Below, piece by piece: positions 9,938-20,742 of a stretch of DNA of 64,000 nt. Position 1 is the stretch's first letter, and the number at the start of each line of letters is the position of its first letter. The notes beneath the pieces are model-generated. The model worked only from the letters and a program-made list of their open reading frames with translations. It was not told where the DNA came from and searched no databases. This DNA comes from an uncultured Porphyromonadaceae bacterium. GTDB taxonomy: Bacteria > Bacteroidota > Bacteroidia > Bacteroidales > Muribaculaceae. Both the position numbers and the translations under genes were made by a program. Location of the stretch: assembly GCA_947176915.1 (NCBI GenBank), contig CAMWSM010000003.1, positions 5,566 through 69,565 of the forward strand, written 5' to 3'.

Positions 9938-11515
9938 TCAGTTGAATAGGTTGCTGTATGAGGACATTGACGTCCTCTCGGGCACAAGCGTGCCGATGTC
10001 CATGCCCGGTGAGCAGAGGGGGACGTATGTGAACACTGTCTCCGGCAGCGAGTCCCTGCGTCCGATCGACCTTGCGGTCTGGAGCATGGCGTTCACCCCC
10101 GGGGATGAGGCCTCCAGATGGAGGGCCATGGCCCTGCGCACCGCCTCCCTGCCTATGGACTCCATGTTGCGGCTGATGGCAAGGAAGTTGTCCCGGACGT
10201 TGCGCGGGAAAGCCTTGCGCACGGCGCACAGATAATCCATGACGGGGGTGTCGTTGCCGAGCCACCCTGTTATGGTCTGCTCGAGGGTCTCTATGCGCTG
10301 GTCGGGATCGCGACGGCAGCTGCCGTTGGTCACGAGCCTCCCTTTCTCCGCACACAGAGGATGCCTCATCAGCAGCTTGCCGGTCTCTGTGGAGTAGATC
10401 TCCACGCCGGAGTCCTTCTCCAGCACGCGGACACTGCTTCCGCGCCCCTTGTAGCTGCCCAGGGGAACGGCGTAGTAGTTGCCTTTGTAGCTGATGGTGT
10501 TGTCCTTGCGGAGCATGTAGGTGGGAAGCTCCTGACGCGGTGGGGTGGGAACCCCCTTGTAGGGAAGCATGTGCTCCTTCTCCTCCTGACAGTACATGGT
10601 GGACGGTATCATGCCTGTCGTGGCGTGCGGCAGACCGTTGGCTGTCGTCTCAAGCCACCTGGCACAGTCGCTGTTGAGTGTCTCCATCCCCCTGAACTCA
10701 TATCCCGCAAGGAAATTGTTTTTCACATACTTGACGACGTTCTCGACCTGCCCCTTGCTCTCGGGATCTGACTTGCGGCAGAACACGGCATGGAAACCGC
10801 ATTCGGCAACAAGCCTGCCGAAGTGGGCTGTCAGTATGTAGTCACCCATGTTCTCGTCACGCAGAAGCACCTTGTCCTGGTCGTACACTATGTTGCGGGG
10901 CACTCCCCCGAAGAAGTCGAACGCCAGCTCGTGTGCGTAGGCGGCAAGCTCGGCTGTGAACGGGGTGTCGCTGAACCACACGAACTTATGGCGCCACCGG
11001 CTCAGGACAAGCACGAAGAAATACACTTTCTTCTTCCCTCCGGTGCCGTCATCTATCCACTTCTCCCCAAAGTCAGCCTGGGCATACTCCGCCGCCGCTG
11101 TCTGCTCCAGCATGCAGTAGGGCCGCCCGTTCCCCTCCGATTCCATCGGTATGTTCTCCTCAAGCCTTATACGCCGGACATAGTTGTACACCGTCTTCGG
11201 GTCGAACTTCCCCAGGTCGCTGAAGCTCATCCGAAGCTGCGTGTGGATGGCGGCGCTGCTCAGAAACGGATATAGTTCCAGCCGCTTCACTATGAAGTCC
11301 CTGTACTTGTCCAGACGGCTGCTGTAATGGCGTACACAGAAGCCCCGGCTCCTGAACTCCTCCTCACTCATCGCAAGATACTTGCGGATGGTCTTGCGGT
11401 CATAGCCCGTCAGCTTTTTTATACGGCTTATGCTATGGCCTTCTCGTTTTAATTCATTGATTTTGCTCCACATGAGATACTTCTTTATCTCAGAAGCCTT
11501 CGGGCGGGCATCCAT
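9938..11515 (-). CDS. istA: IS21 DDE transposase IstA
   Basis: N-terminal HTH; QADFGE, YDQDK and KGQVEN catalytic motifs. Confidence 0.95.
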   Translation of the reverse strand: MDARPKASEIKKYLMWSKINELKREGHSISRIKKLTGYDRKTIRKYLAMSEEEFRSRGFCVRHYSSRLDKYRDFIVKRLELYPFLSSAAIHTQLRMSFSDLGKFDPKTVYNYVRRIRLEENIPMESEGNGRPYCMLEQTAAAEYAQADFGEKWIDDGTGGKKKVYFFVLVLSRWRHKFVWFSDTPFTAELAAYAHELAFDFFGGVPRNIVYDQDKVLLRDENMGDYILTAHFGRLVAECGFHAVFCRKSDPESKGQVENVVKYVKNNFLAGYEFRGMETLNSDCARWLETTANGLPHATTGMIPSTMYCQEEKEHMLPYKGVPTPPRQELPTYMLRKDNTISYKGNYYAVPLGSYKGRGSSVRVLEKDSGVEIYSTETGKLLMRHPLCAEKGRLVTNGSCRRDPDQRIETLEQTITGWLGNDTPVMDYLCAVRKAFPRNVRDNFLAISRNMESIGREAVRRAMALHLEASSPGVNAMLQTARSIGRRDSLPETVFTYVPLCSPGMDIGTLVPERTSMSSYSNLFN

Positions 11516-11725
11516 TCTTTTTTGTGTTTTTAGTTTTCACCCACAAAATTAATGGATGTCTTTTTATTTTTCCCCCTATACTGGGGATTTTACTCTCCCG
11601 ATTTCTGAGGATGCAAAATTACCGATTACAACAAACCGCTTACCCATGCTTTTTCAAATTTACGTATAGGATTGTGGCTAAAAATCCACTCCGTTCCGTC
11701 TTTGTCACACGCTAAATACGCCATA

Positions 11726-14194
11726 TCATTCTCCTTTCTCAAAAAAATCTGAGCCAAAAAGAATATGAAAAGCTGATATTTTAGCACAACCTGCGATAAT
11801 GTCAAACCTTAATTTTCCTTCGGCTTGTAATGTAAATTCTTTATACAATTCTTTTATCGCCTCTCTCTGCTCCTCCGTCAGCGTGGCGGGGTTTATGATT
11901 GGGGTCATATTGTTAATCTTTTAATGCTCGTTCTATATCTTGTATGATGTTTCCCACATCTTCCCACTCTTGCGACCTTACGGCATTCATCAAATCATTT
12001 TTGATGTCTTCAAGAAATTCCTTGTATTCGCTTTCTTGGGTATTCGCGCCCATCGCATAGGCTTCATAAAGCGTGGTCTGCAAAGGCAACGTGATTTCAC
12101 GCCTTGCTCTATCTTCTAATTCTTTGTCTGTCATTTCTCATTGATTTTATCGGTTAACTTCTTCCTCACTCCCCACGCTTCAAGTACTCCGTTGAAGCCC
12201 AAAAGACGCGAAAGAGGATAATGGTCTATCCCGGCATATTCGGGATTCGGGTCATGTACGATATTGCAGTTTGCATCAATTACTACCATGTGCAAACCTT
12301 CATTCAAATTCTGACTATTGAAATTATGAGGTGAAAGAACACTGCCGAATAAGAGACCATCTATTGTATCTTCGGGCATTATGTCGGAGAGCCGGAATCC
12401 TTCGTCTAATTGAAGGAATGGACGGAAACAATCCGTCGGATGCCACAAATCCATTTTCTTTTCATTGAAGAACCTTGTCCCCCACTCATAACCATTGTCG
12501 TTGAGTACTAATTCCATCCTTTGCCACCAGTCTTCATATTCCACGAAATTGCATACAGAATCGTATTCCAATTCAAGGAGTGAGCATAACGTGGCTTTCA
12601 TGCAGTCTCCGTTTCCGGAAGAGATTATCTGTTGATATACCTGTTTCATTTCCCATTGATTTTATCGGTCAGGGATTGGGAGAAGCGGAATCTCTCGCCA
12701 TCGTCAATGACCGAGCATATCCTTCCGACGAGCATCCCGTGACTGCACTCTTGTTTGAGGTCGCAGTCTATGCAAGGTGTCTCAGCCGATTCAATGACAT
12801 ACACTTTTCCGTTGTGGATTATTCCATTGAGTCCGTTCATTTTCTTCTCATTTTAAGTTCCTTTGTATCGTGGTCATAGATTGCCAATATCTTAGCCGAG
12901 CCACGATTAGGGTTATCTTGAAGTTCATTGATTAAAGTGCCTTTACAGAAGTTAATAGCGACACGTTCATCTAATTCGGGAACGGTTGCTTGGAATCTAC
13001 CTGAAAGGCAATCCTCCTCAATATCCGCTTGCGTCACCCACATAGTTTTAGTAACGACTACTTGCACTTTGTAAGATTTCATTTCCTCTTCTTCTTATGG
13101 TGAAACTTATCGAATTTAGCGTAGGGAGAGACGGGGCGTTTGGGTGGCATCGGATTATCCTCAAAATACGGCACGTTGGGTTCGGGAATTTGAACCATGA
13201 ATACGCCGTATTCCTCCGCCATTATCTTTTCGTAGTCGGTCATCATCTCACTTAAGGTTTATGGTAGTCATCCATTTCAGATTCAAAGCAATCAAGACCC
13301 TCCTCCATATAGTCCCAATCGTCATTCTCCATTGCTTTGTCAAAGTATCCTTGTAGGTCTTTGAATGAATATCTCATATTATCCAGCATCCACAACGCAC
13401 CTGCTTCAAATATCTCAGCTATCGTCATGCCGGTGCAGTTGTCCAGTTCCTTTCGGGCTTCTTTCTTAATGTCGGTCATATCTCAACTCCTTTCGCTTCC
13501 ATTTCCTTGATTATCTTTCGCGCTGTCAGCAATTCCGAGTATCGCTTAGTCGCATTATCAACATCAATCTGCGCTTCGCTGTGAAATCTATGTGACTCCA
13601 TGTCAGAGTTTTCAAGAACCGCTATTTTGGCCCTCACAAGTCTTTGATGTGCGTCCTTTAAATCATTGAGAGCCTTAGCCATCATTGACTCCAAGCAGGC
13701 GTGAGCGGTAATCTTCATCTCCCACCTCCTTTTCCGCACTTGCAGTCCGGGTCATGCACGATGGACGCGCCGCCGTAGCCGTAACTGCCGTTACCTAATC
13801 CACCTTTGCCTTTGAATCGGTAGCAGATATAGGTGTGATTTTTATAATGAAGAGTCTCCATTTGTTCTGTGCAAGCTATCTCACCGCCCTCTCTGTTTGA
13901 ATACTTGAAGCCGCACAAGACTACGATGGCGGCGAGGGCGTATAGGTATTTTGATTTGGATTTCATATATCTTCAGTTTTAGTTTAAAGGATATGCGGTG
14001 ATACTTGCTATAGCTTTTTCCCTTGTAGGATATTGTTTCGGCATCTTACATAAGCCAAATCCCGTGTATTCCATTTCAAGGTATCTCCATTTTCGTTGCC
14101 ACCATTTCTTGTAGGTGATAGTCCACGCTGTGCCGACCAATTCTCCGTAGTAAATCGGTTGCACTCTGTATCGTGTTCTGAATGGATTCTTCAT
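11726..14194 (-). CDS. Array of about ten small coupled accessory ORFs
   Basis: ORFs 11726-11908, 11913-12134, 12646-12840, 12837-13082, 13252-13479, 13476-13739, 13715-13966 and 13979-14194, several with ATGA overlaps. Confidence 0.65.
12131..12649 (-). CDS. Putative papain-fold (C39-like) cysteine peptidase
   Basis: GNGDCMKATLCSLL (Cys), GLHMVV (His), IVHDPNP (Asp). Confidence 0.55.
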   Translation of the reverse strand: MKQVYQQIISSGNGDCMKATLCSLLELEYDSVCNFVEYEDWWQRMELVLNDNGYEWGTRFFNEKKMDLWHPTDCFRPFLQLDEGFRLSDIMPEDTIDGLLFGSVLSPHNFNSQNLNEGLHMVVIDANCNIVHDPNPEYAGIDHYPLSRLLGFNGVLEAWGVRKKLTDKINEK

Positions 14195-14565
14195 TTCTTC
14201 TCATTCTTTAAATGTCCGTTCTCCAAGCACCAAATTAAAAGCTGATAGAGCGCGTCTATGAGTTCGGGAGCAAACGATGACCCCATAAAGAAAGTCCTAT
14301 CCTCAATGCTATCCCATAACTCATAATCAACATCGTATCCTTTGTTTGATACTTCTATACTTAGATGATAGTCGTCAATCTCTTTCGGTAGGATTGAGAG
14401 CAAATCCGAAAGACTGAATATCGGCTCACCGCCACCTACCTTGTGATATACATTAGGAATATCGGTCGGTGTCTGCACTCCTAAAGTATGCTTGCTCGCC
14501 AACTTCGCATCAACGCCAAGTTCAATGAGGTGGGCGGACTCTTCTACTGTTAATTGGGTTTTCAT
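14191..14565 (-). CDS. Hypothetical protein, paralogue of 7163-7606
   Basis: LTVEESAHLIELG...FSLSDLLSILP...LIDALYQLL motif. Confidence 0.7.
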   Translation of the reverse strand: MKTQLTVEESAHLIELGVDAKLASKHTLGVQTPTDIPNVYHKVGGGEPIFSLSDLLSILPKEIDDYHLSIEVSNKGYDVDYELWDSIEDRTFFMGSSFAPELIDALYQLLIWCLENGHLKNEKK

Positions 14566-14722
14566 TTCTTATCGTTTTTAGGGGTGAAATAGGGACAAGG
14601 CAATGTCGGGTCATATATCAAAGGACACGTTCCACAACGCCCGATTATCTGTATAGTCTTAGAACTGCAGCACTTGCCGTTACTAAACAGCTTGCACTCT
14701 CGTGGGTCTTGGGTGGTATTTA

Positions 14723-15358
14723 TCATTTCACAAGTTCAAATTCGTATGCGAATACATAGGGATTGGATTCCCATGTGTCTTTGCCTGACACTTGATCAAT
14801 GAGAGACGCAAAGGCTTCGCGGGGTGTATCTCCGAGCCATATTCGCGTCCCATTGTCATTACTCACATAAAATCTCTGTGCCTTGTGACTAAACTCTATA
14901 CCCTCCTTTATGCAATCTTCATCGGAAATATCCTGGAGCTTCTCTATTCGGACGTTTGTAATTCGGATTTGGTGGGGCATCAAATAGGCGCGGACAAACA
15001 TCTTGTTAGACCATCCATTTGTCTGCTCAGCTGGAAAATCATAGCATCCGAACTCATCATCCTCTTCAGGGAGTGAACTGATTCCTGCTTTCTTATAACT
15101 TTGCGCTATCGCTACGATTTCGCCAATCTTATACTTAGGGAGTACATACCCTCCTTCAATCGTTGACTCGTCTGCATCATACAGACTCGGCCATTCAAGC
15201 ATTGCACCATCTGACTGACGTTTGTAGACGTGGAATCCTGCAACCCATTCACCCCTGAACGATTTAGGGCAAGTGATAATACGTCTTGTCTGTGTCTTGC
15301 GTACGCTCAATACGGCTTGGGTGAGTCCGTATTTATCGTTGAACATTATCTTTTTCAT
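14723..15358 (-). CDS. ASCH/PUA-like phage protein
   Basis: IMFN...AVLSVRKTQTRR, ITNVRIEKLQDISDEDCIKEG and WESNPYVFAYEF. Confidence 0.8.
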   Translation of the reverse strand: MKKIMFNDKYGLTQAVLSVRKTQTRRIITCPKSFRGEWVAGFHVYKRQSDGAMLEWPSLYDADESTIEGGYVLPKYKIGEIVAIAQSYKKAGISSLPEEDDEFGCYDFPAEQTNGWSNKMFVRAYLMPHQIRITNVRIEKLQDISDEDCIKEGIEFSHKAQRFYVSNDNGTRIWLGDTPREAFASLIDQVSGKDTWESNPYVFAYEFELVK

Positions 15359-15392
15359 GTTTGTTACTTATAAAGATAATAAGTAATTTAAA

Positions 15393-15647
15393 ATGGGAAA
15401 TATTATTGATTGGAATAACGAGTTAATAAATAGAGGGTATTTGAAGAATGGTCATCAGTGGGGAAAAGAGTTTAACGGTTATCACTATCGAGTGCGCCAA
15501 AATGGCAATGGAATCTTGATTGATTGCCCAGACTACAAACTACCCAATATGCCTGATGAACATATTCATTATAGGCAATTAGACACTATAGATGATCTTG
15601 ATGAATTTGAAAGTAGAGCATTGAATGGATCACCATTGGAAATCTAA
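15393..15647 (+). CDS. AT-rich antisense-oriented accessory gene
   Basis: 84-aa ORF filling the gap between two minus-strand genes. Confidence 0.55.
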   Translation: MGNIIDWNNELINRGYLKNGHQWGKEFNGYHYRVRQNGNGILIDCPDYKLPNMPDEHIHYRQLDTIDDLDEFESRALNGSPLEI

Positions 15648-17601
15648 TTCAAGTTGCACAGCCGGCTCCTTATATTCCGGATGGGAGGAAAGGTAACTCT
15701 CACGGAGCTTCTTCCTCATCGTCTCCCTTTCCTCCTCCGTAACATTGTTCTTATCAGCTTCAAAGTTCCACTTCAATGCAAGCTCAAGACTTCCATGAAA
15801 TCGTTTCTCCTCAAGGAATACTGAATACTCGGTGAACATTCTCACAGCCCCCTTGGCACCTTCCTTCTCGCCATCCGTCTGGTCGCGGACATAAACGACA
15901 TCCATCATCCTGTTGATGAACTTCATCGTCCTTTCCTCCCGCTGACATTCATTCTCAAAGATTACGGAAACATCCTCCTTCTTCCGGATCTTGTTGACCT
16001 TGCTCCATCCGTAGAAGACACGGAGATGCTTGGGGGTAGGCTTGCGCTTGCATTTGGCATCAAGGGCTTTGAGCTGGTTCTGAAGTATCGGATTCATTCG
16101 CTTATGTCTATCGGTTTAAGTGTCAATGATGCAGGATAAGCGGTATAAAATCCGTCAAACTTCTCCTCCTCGTGTCCGAAGTCAATGTCATAGAGGATAC
16201 CGTCTATCTCGATGTAGACTTCATCCTCACTTTCTGAGAATAGCCGTTCTATCAAATCTGATTTTTTTCATAAGGCCATCGCATTATTTCCTGAATTTCT
16301 GACTGGTAATATTGCCGTTGTTATGCTCCATATAGAGAAAGTACATATCGTGATAACTCATTGTCCGATTAGGGTCAGCAAGTTCATCATCGGTCAGATG
16401 TTTGTTTATCATGTGTACTTTTGCACTTGTACCTTTTCCTGAAACTCTTCCGATAGTCTCCATGAAGTGAGGCTTTTCGCCGAATCGCTTCATGCAAAAA
16501 TCATTGAGGTTCTGTTCGCCCTCTATCCAGATATAGCTATACATGGCTTTCGTCTTTAGGAAGTACGGGAATCGGCATCCAATGTGTCACTCTCAGGCTG
16601 ACACCGACAACAAAGTCGTTTTTATCCTTTACGATGTAATCGTCGGCCTCCCTGAATGTCAGTCTGAATTCGGGGCACTTACGTCTCTCCCTGCTGTTGA
16701 GCCTGCTTCTGTCGACCCTTACAAGCACGGTCTCATAATAAGGCGGAAGCGCGTCTGCGGGAGATAACCACTGTCCTGCGAGTGCTTCGGCGGCTCCTGC
16801 GAGGTAGGCGTCCTCAATTTCCTTAGAAGACATAAGCCTATGCGAGTTCTTCTTGCTGAATTGCTTGAAGTATTCTTTCACTTTTTCTTCCATTGTATTC
16901 ATGATCGTAAATAATCCCCGGACGCAAAGGTGCTAATTTTATAATTAAATCTTATGGATTATTTGGTGCATCCGGGGAATTTGTGTTATCGGTTCTTTTC
17001 TTTTGCTGATTTAAACCCGCCTGAGTATAACCCCGTACTTGGAGAAAGAATGACGGTGCCACGAACGAGCTCCATTCCTGGGTTCTTCTCCATGAACTCC
17101 CTGAGCTCTTCGTATGTCATGTGGTACACATTGATTCCTCTTGCTGAAACAAAGCTTTTGGAGGCGAACCCTCCCTCCAGCAGGAAACCGTCACATTCTG
17201 GCATGTATGAAAGTTGACTGAGGAACTTCGCACCGTCGGGATAAGCTTCCTCAATCATCTCTCGGGTTGACTTGGGATTGCATTTGAGGAATCCCGTCTC
17301 GGTAGCGTTGCTCATCGTTACCCATTCTCTACTCGGCTTTCTACGAAACAACTTCTTAATCTTTCTTAGAATCTTTTTCATCTTGCTTCTGATTTTGCTC
17401 ATGGAACTTCATTAGGGTCTCCCTGACGGCTTCGACGGTTTGCTCGGCTTCTTCTTCCGATGAATACACCGCCCCGAATGTCTTTGTCTGACGGTTATCG
17501 TAGTTGTCTCGCCAATATTCAATTTTGACCTTTACGTTGTATTTCGGCTTCCTCTCGCTCGCCCATTCGCTCCATATCAGATCTTGCATTGCTTTATCCA
17601 T
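15630..17601 (-). CDS. Hypothetical genes 15630-16097, 16284-16544, 16537-16902 (DUF551-like), 16986-17402, 17356-17601
   Basis: ORF track; 16537-16902 has QWLSPADALP...THWMPIP. Confidence 0.65.
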
Positions 17602-17687
17602 AACTCACTTCCCCTTTCTCCAATGAAGGTAGCCGATCAACGCCACGAGTATCGCGGCTGTCACTATGATTGCTGTCTGTGCCGGTG

Positions 17688-17963
17688 TCATGATTGTTCG
17701 GTGTTAAGTAAAATCTCTACATAGTCTGCGAGTTGCTGAATTGTGAACTTGTCTTTGTCAATGCCAGGAGGGGCGTAGATGTATTTCGATGGCTTCATCG
17801 GTATGTCAACTGAAAATTCGGATGCTATATCGCTCATAAGCTCGTCAAATTCGTCTTGATCGAAATCTCGTTCTTTGGTGAGCTCCTTTGCATCAAAATC
17901 CTTTGTCTCGGGATGCCTGAAGAACACGTCAAGCATCTTTTGGGCTGTTTCGGATTGTGTCAT
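17688..17963 (-). CDS. Acyl-carrier-protein-like acidic protein lacking the phosphopantetheine Ser
   Basis: DFDQDEFDELMSDIASEFSVDIP...FTIQQLADYVE aligns by eye with ACP DSLDxxELxxxxExxFxIxIP...TVxxxxxY. Confidence 0.55.
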   Translation of the reverse strand: MTQSETAQKMLDVFFRHPETKDFDAKELTKERDFDQDEFDELMSDIASEFSVDIPMKPSKYIYAPPGIDKDKFTIQQLADYVEILLNTEQS

Positions 17964-18983
17964 GATTGATGGGGGTTAAGTTGGTTGATAAGGGCATCGG
18001 CGATTCCGACCGCAGTTCTCGCGACAAATTCCTTGGAGCAGCTTGCTGTTCCGTGCGCCAGCATCCCTTGCATCGCCGCGATAGCAGCTCGCTCCCTCAG
18101 CTCACGCTCATGCCTGTACTTCTCCGTATTTCTCTCCTCCACGGCCTTCATGGCCGCGTGCCATCCGTCATGGAAGCCGCCCTTGTAGTCGCGCTCCATG
18201 TATTCCGACATGTCCGGGTTGTCCTCCCGGTACTCCTTCCAGCACCCGTCGCGTGCCGTCCTGTAATCTTTAGGTAATTCTGTGTTCATCTTTGATTCTT
18301 GTTTAATGGTCTCTGTGCCGGGCAGGTACGGTAGCCCCTGCCCCTTATCCTCAGCATCCCGAGTGCGCACCAGCTTACGGAGCGGTGGTCGAGGATGGTG
18401 ATGGTGGCGAAATAGACGCAGTCATCGCACGCTCGTTTCATCGTCATCCATCTGTTTGATTGTCATGGGGTCTATGAAATACCCGGTCCCCGCCTCGTCA
18501 CGTATCATCCAGTTGCCGAGAGACGTAGGATGCGGCCATCCGCAAACACAGCGCCCGTCAAACGTCATGGCTCTTGATTTCGGCGGTATCATTTCCTCCC
18601 TCCTTTCCTCCGCGTCACCTGCCAGGCTATATAGCCCAGCAGGAGTGTGTCGATCGCGCTGAAAAACGTCAGCACGTCCAATGAAAGCATGTTGATTATC
18701 ATTCGTTGTAGTATTCCACGGCGCGGTCGGCGATCACCCGACGGTCCGCGCGCTTCAGTCCTTCGTAAAACCATGAAGGAGCCCCGATCGAGCCGAAGTC
18801 CTCGAGATCGCGCTCCCATGCCCTGTATATCTCGTCACTGCGCTCGGCGAAGAGCGCGTCGCATTCCTTCCTGCTCCATGCGTTCCACATGTAGAAGAAG
18901 AAGCAGTCCACCGCTGATTCCTTATCCATGACCGTATTGTTTATTCGTAAGATTTGATTCCAAAATAGCGGTATGCGAGGCAT
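17960..18983 (-). CDS. Hypothetical phage genes (17960-18370; 56-aa ORF 18422-18592; 18699-18983)
   Basis: AAIAAMQGMLA and FFFYMWNAW motifs are recurrent in phage proteins; the short ORF was translated by hand. Confidence 0.6.
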
Positions 18984-19061
18984 TCCAACTTTCTCGCTTC
19001 ATCGGAGACTATGCGGGTATCCTCCTCGCTGCAGTCTTTATCAAAATATATGTCGTTCATA

Positions 19062-19971
19062 TTATTTCGGTTCTATTCCCTTTGATTTCAAATACTCCCG
19101 GCGAAACCTCTGAAAGTCCGCCTCCTTCTCCCTCATCTCATCCTCCGTAGGCCGCGGCCTCGCCACCGCCCGTCCGTTCGCCAGATAGTTCAGCTCCTTC
19201 GGAGTCCGCGCGCACCACTCCTCGAATGTGATTGCATTCCCGGAAGGCGACGTCTCCCGCCACTCCTCGTCAAGCCGCCTCTGCCGGGCCGCGATGCACT
19301 CCGCCTTGTAGTCCGCTATCCAACCCATAATGTCGGAGCCGTCAAGTTTGCCGAAGAGTTTCGCTGTCTGCTTCTTCTCCTCGAAGACAGCCTTGATGTC
19401 ATTCAGCGACAGGTCCCAGTGTACCTTCACGATCATGTCCGCCACCATCGCGATCTGCCGGTCGGTAAGGTTCTTCTGCACGTTGAACCACTCGCTCAGC
19501 TCCAGCAAAGCCACGGAGACTGCCAGCCTCGCGCCTGGGGCTCCGAGACCCTGCTGGATCCTTGCAAGCGTAGGTGTCGCGTCCGTCAGCGGCTCATCGG
19601 CCTTGGCAGGGGTCAGAGCGTCGTAGTATCTCTCCGGCGATTCCCTTAAGGCGTTCAGAACATCCTGCGTCCTGGCGGGGAGCATGGGCCCCTTGCCTTT
19701 GGATATTTCGTTTTGCATTCTTCTTGATCCTCATGTGGTGTATCATGTGCCTCACCGCGTCGTTAAGGTCGCGGTGGCGTTCCTCCTTCAGCTCCCACTC
19801 CGTCAGCACCTCGCCGACGAGCTGCGGAAGCGCCTCTGCGTCTATCCCCTCGTTCATGCAGAAGGCCTCGAGAGTGATCCGTTTGGATTCAAGGAACCAC
19901 CGTCCGAAGCGGTCAGGCGAATAGCCGGAACAGACCTCGTATGTCTGAACCGCTTGTGCTGTGGGTATCAT
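19062..19971 (-). CDS. Probable replication-module pair (19062-19718 and 19594-19971)
   Basis: KLFGKLDGSDIMGWIADY motif of Bacteroidales phage replisome-associated proteins; position downstream of recombination genes. Confidence 0.5.
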
Positions 19972-20172
19972 AGTTATATATCAAGCTCTTCCCTTACTTC
20001 GGCCATCAGCTCTTCGCTCAGCAGACCCTCCAGCCCGTTGACTATGCGCTCCCTCTCGTATTCGACTCCATCGTCGAAGCAGGATTTAAGCGTATCGTCA
20101 AGCTCGTCACGTCTGTTGCGAGCTACGCGGTCGGCCTCCTGCCGTTGGTCATAATCTCTTGTGTATCCCATG

Positions 20173-20742
20173 TCAATATTCCGGTTTATAAAGACAGATG
20201 ATGATACCGACACTGCTTACGTCGGCCTCCATGCTGTCGAATATCATAGGCTGATTGACACCTTTGAACCTTGCCGTGCATCTGTCGCTCCTGTAGAGCG
20301 CCTTGTTGAGCCGTTGAATAAGTTTCATGTCGAAACTGACCTCGGGCATCGGCACAGACGGCAGGCTCAACGCCCTTGACAGCACCTTCTCCGCATCAGG
20401 AAATTTCTCAAACTTGGAGAAATAGAAGAAAGCCTTGTTGTCACCCTTCGTGCATTCTATGCCGTCTTCCGCAATCATGATGCTGTCATATTTCAGCATT
20501 TCCCTGTAGAAATCAGCATGAAGGAATTTGCCGTTTAGAGCCTCTATCTCGTGAGGTTCCAGCCCGCATATCTCGTCTATTCGGTTCTTGACAAGAATCT
20601 GCTGGTTTGTCGCGTAGGCGAATCCGTTGTTGAAATACACGCACTCCAAATCCTTGCGCTGGTCGTTCCCTTTCAGGCAGGCGAGATGCATCTGCGCTTT
20701 CTTATTGAAGTTGTTCTTTGTTTCTGCCATATCTTCAATCAT
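20173..20742 (-). CDS. Two-domain beta-clamp (DnaN)-like protein
   Basis: RKDLECVYFNNGFAYATNQQIL, KFPDAEKVL and FDMKLIQRL echo DnaN motifs RPxLxGV...ATDGHRL, FPDYxxVI and FNxxYL. Confidence 0.65.
   Translation of the reverse strand: MIEDMAETKNNFNKKAQMHLACLKGNDQRKDLECVYFNNGFAYATNQQILVKNRIDEICGLEPHEIEALNGKFLHADFYREMLKYDSIMIAEDGIECTKGDNKAFFYFSKFEKFPDAEKVLSRALSLPSVPMPEVSFDMKLIQRLNKALYRSDRCTARFKGVNQPMIFDSMEADVSSVGIIICLYKPEY

Larger units (their letters stand above)
8976..11630 (-). mobile_element. IS21-family insertion sequence, 2655 bp
   Basis: TG...CA ends; imperfect terminal inverted repeats (TGTAATAAGCAAATTTTAAATCCCCAATTTTCGGGAG vs TGTAATCGGTAATTTTGCATCCTCAGAAATCGGGAG); ACAAA duplicated at 8971-8975 and 11631-11635; istA-istB pair. 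Confidence 0.97.
8879..11724 (-). pseudogene. 61-aa phage gene split by IS21
   Basis: Removing 8976-11630 and one ACAAA copy restores MAYLACDKDGTEWIFSHNPIRKFEKAWVSGLYKNSFNKLPNGSIAKLIGRELTWNDEPVKI*. Confidence 0.85.

Noticed and set aside
9165-10355. 396-aa IstB from the ORF track
   Set aside because: The extra N-terminus is a shadow frame over istA; the IstB-like sequence begins at 9932.
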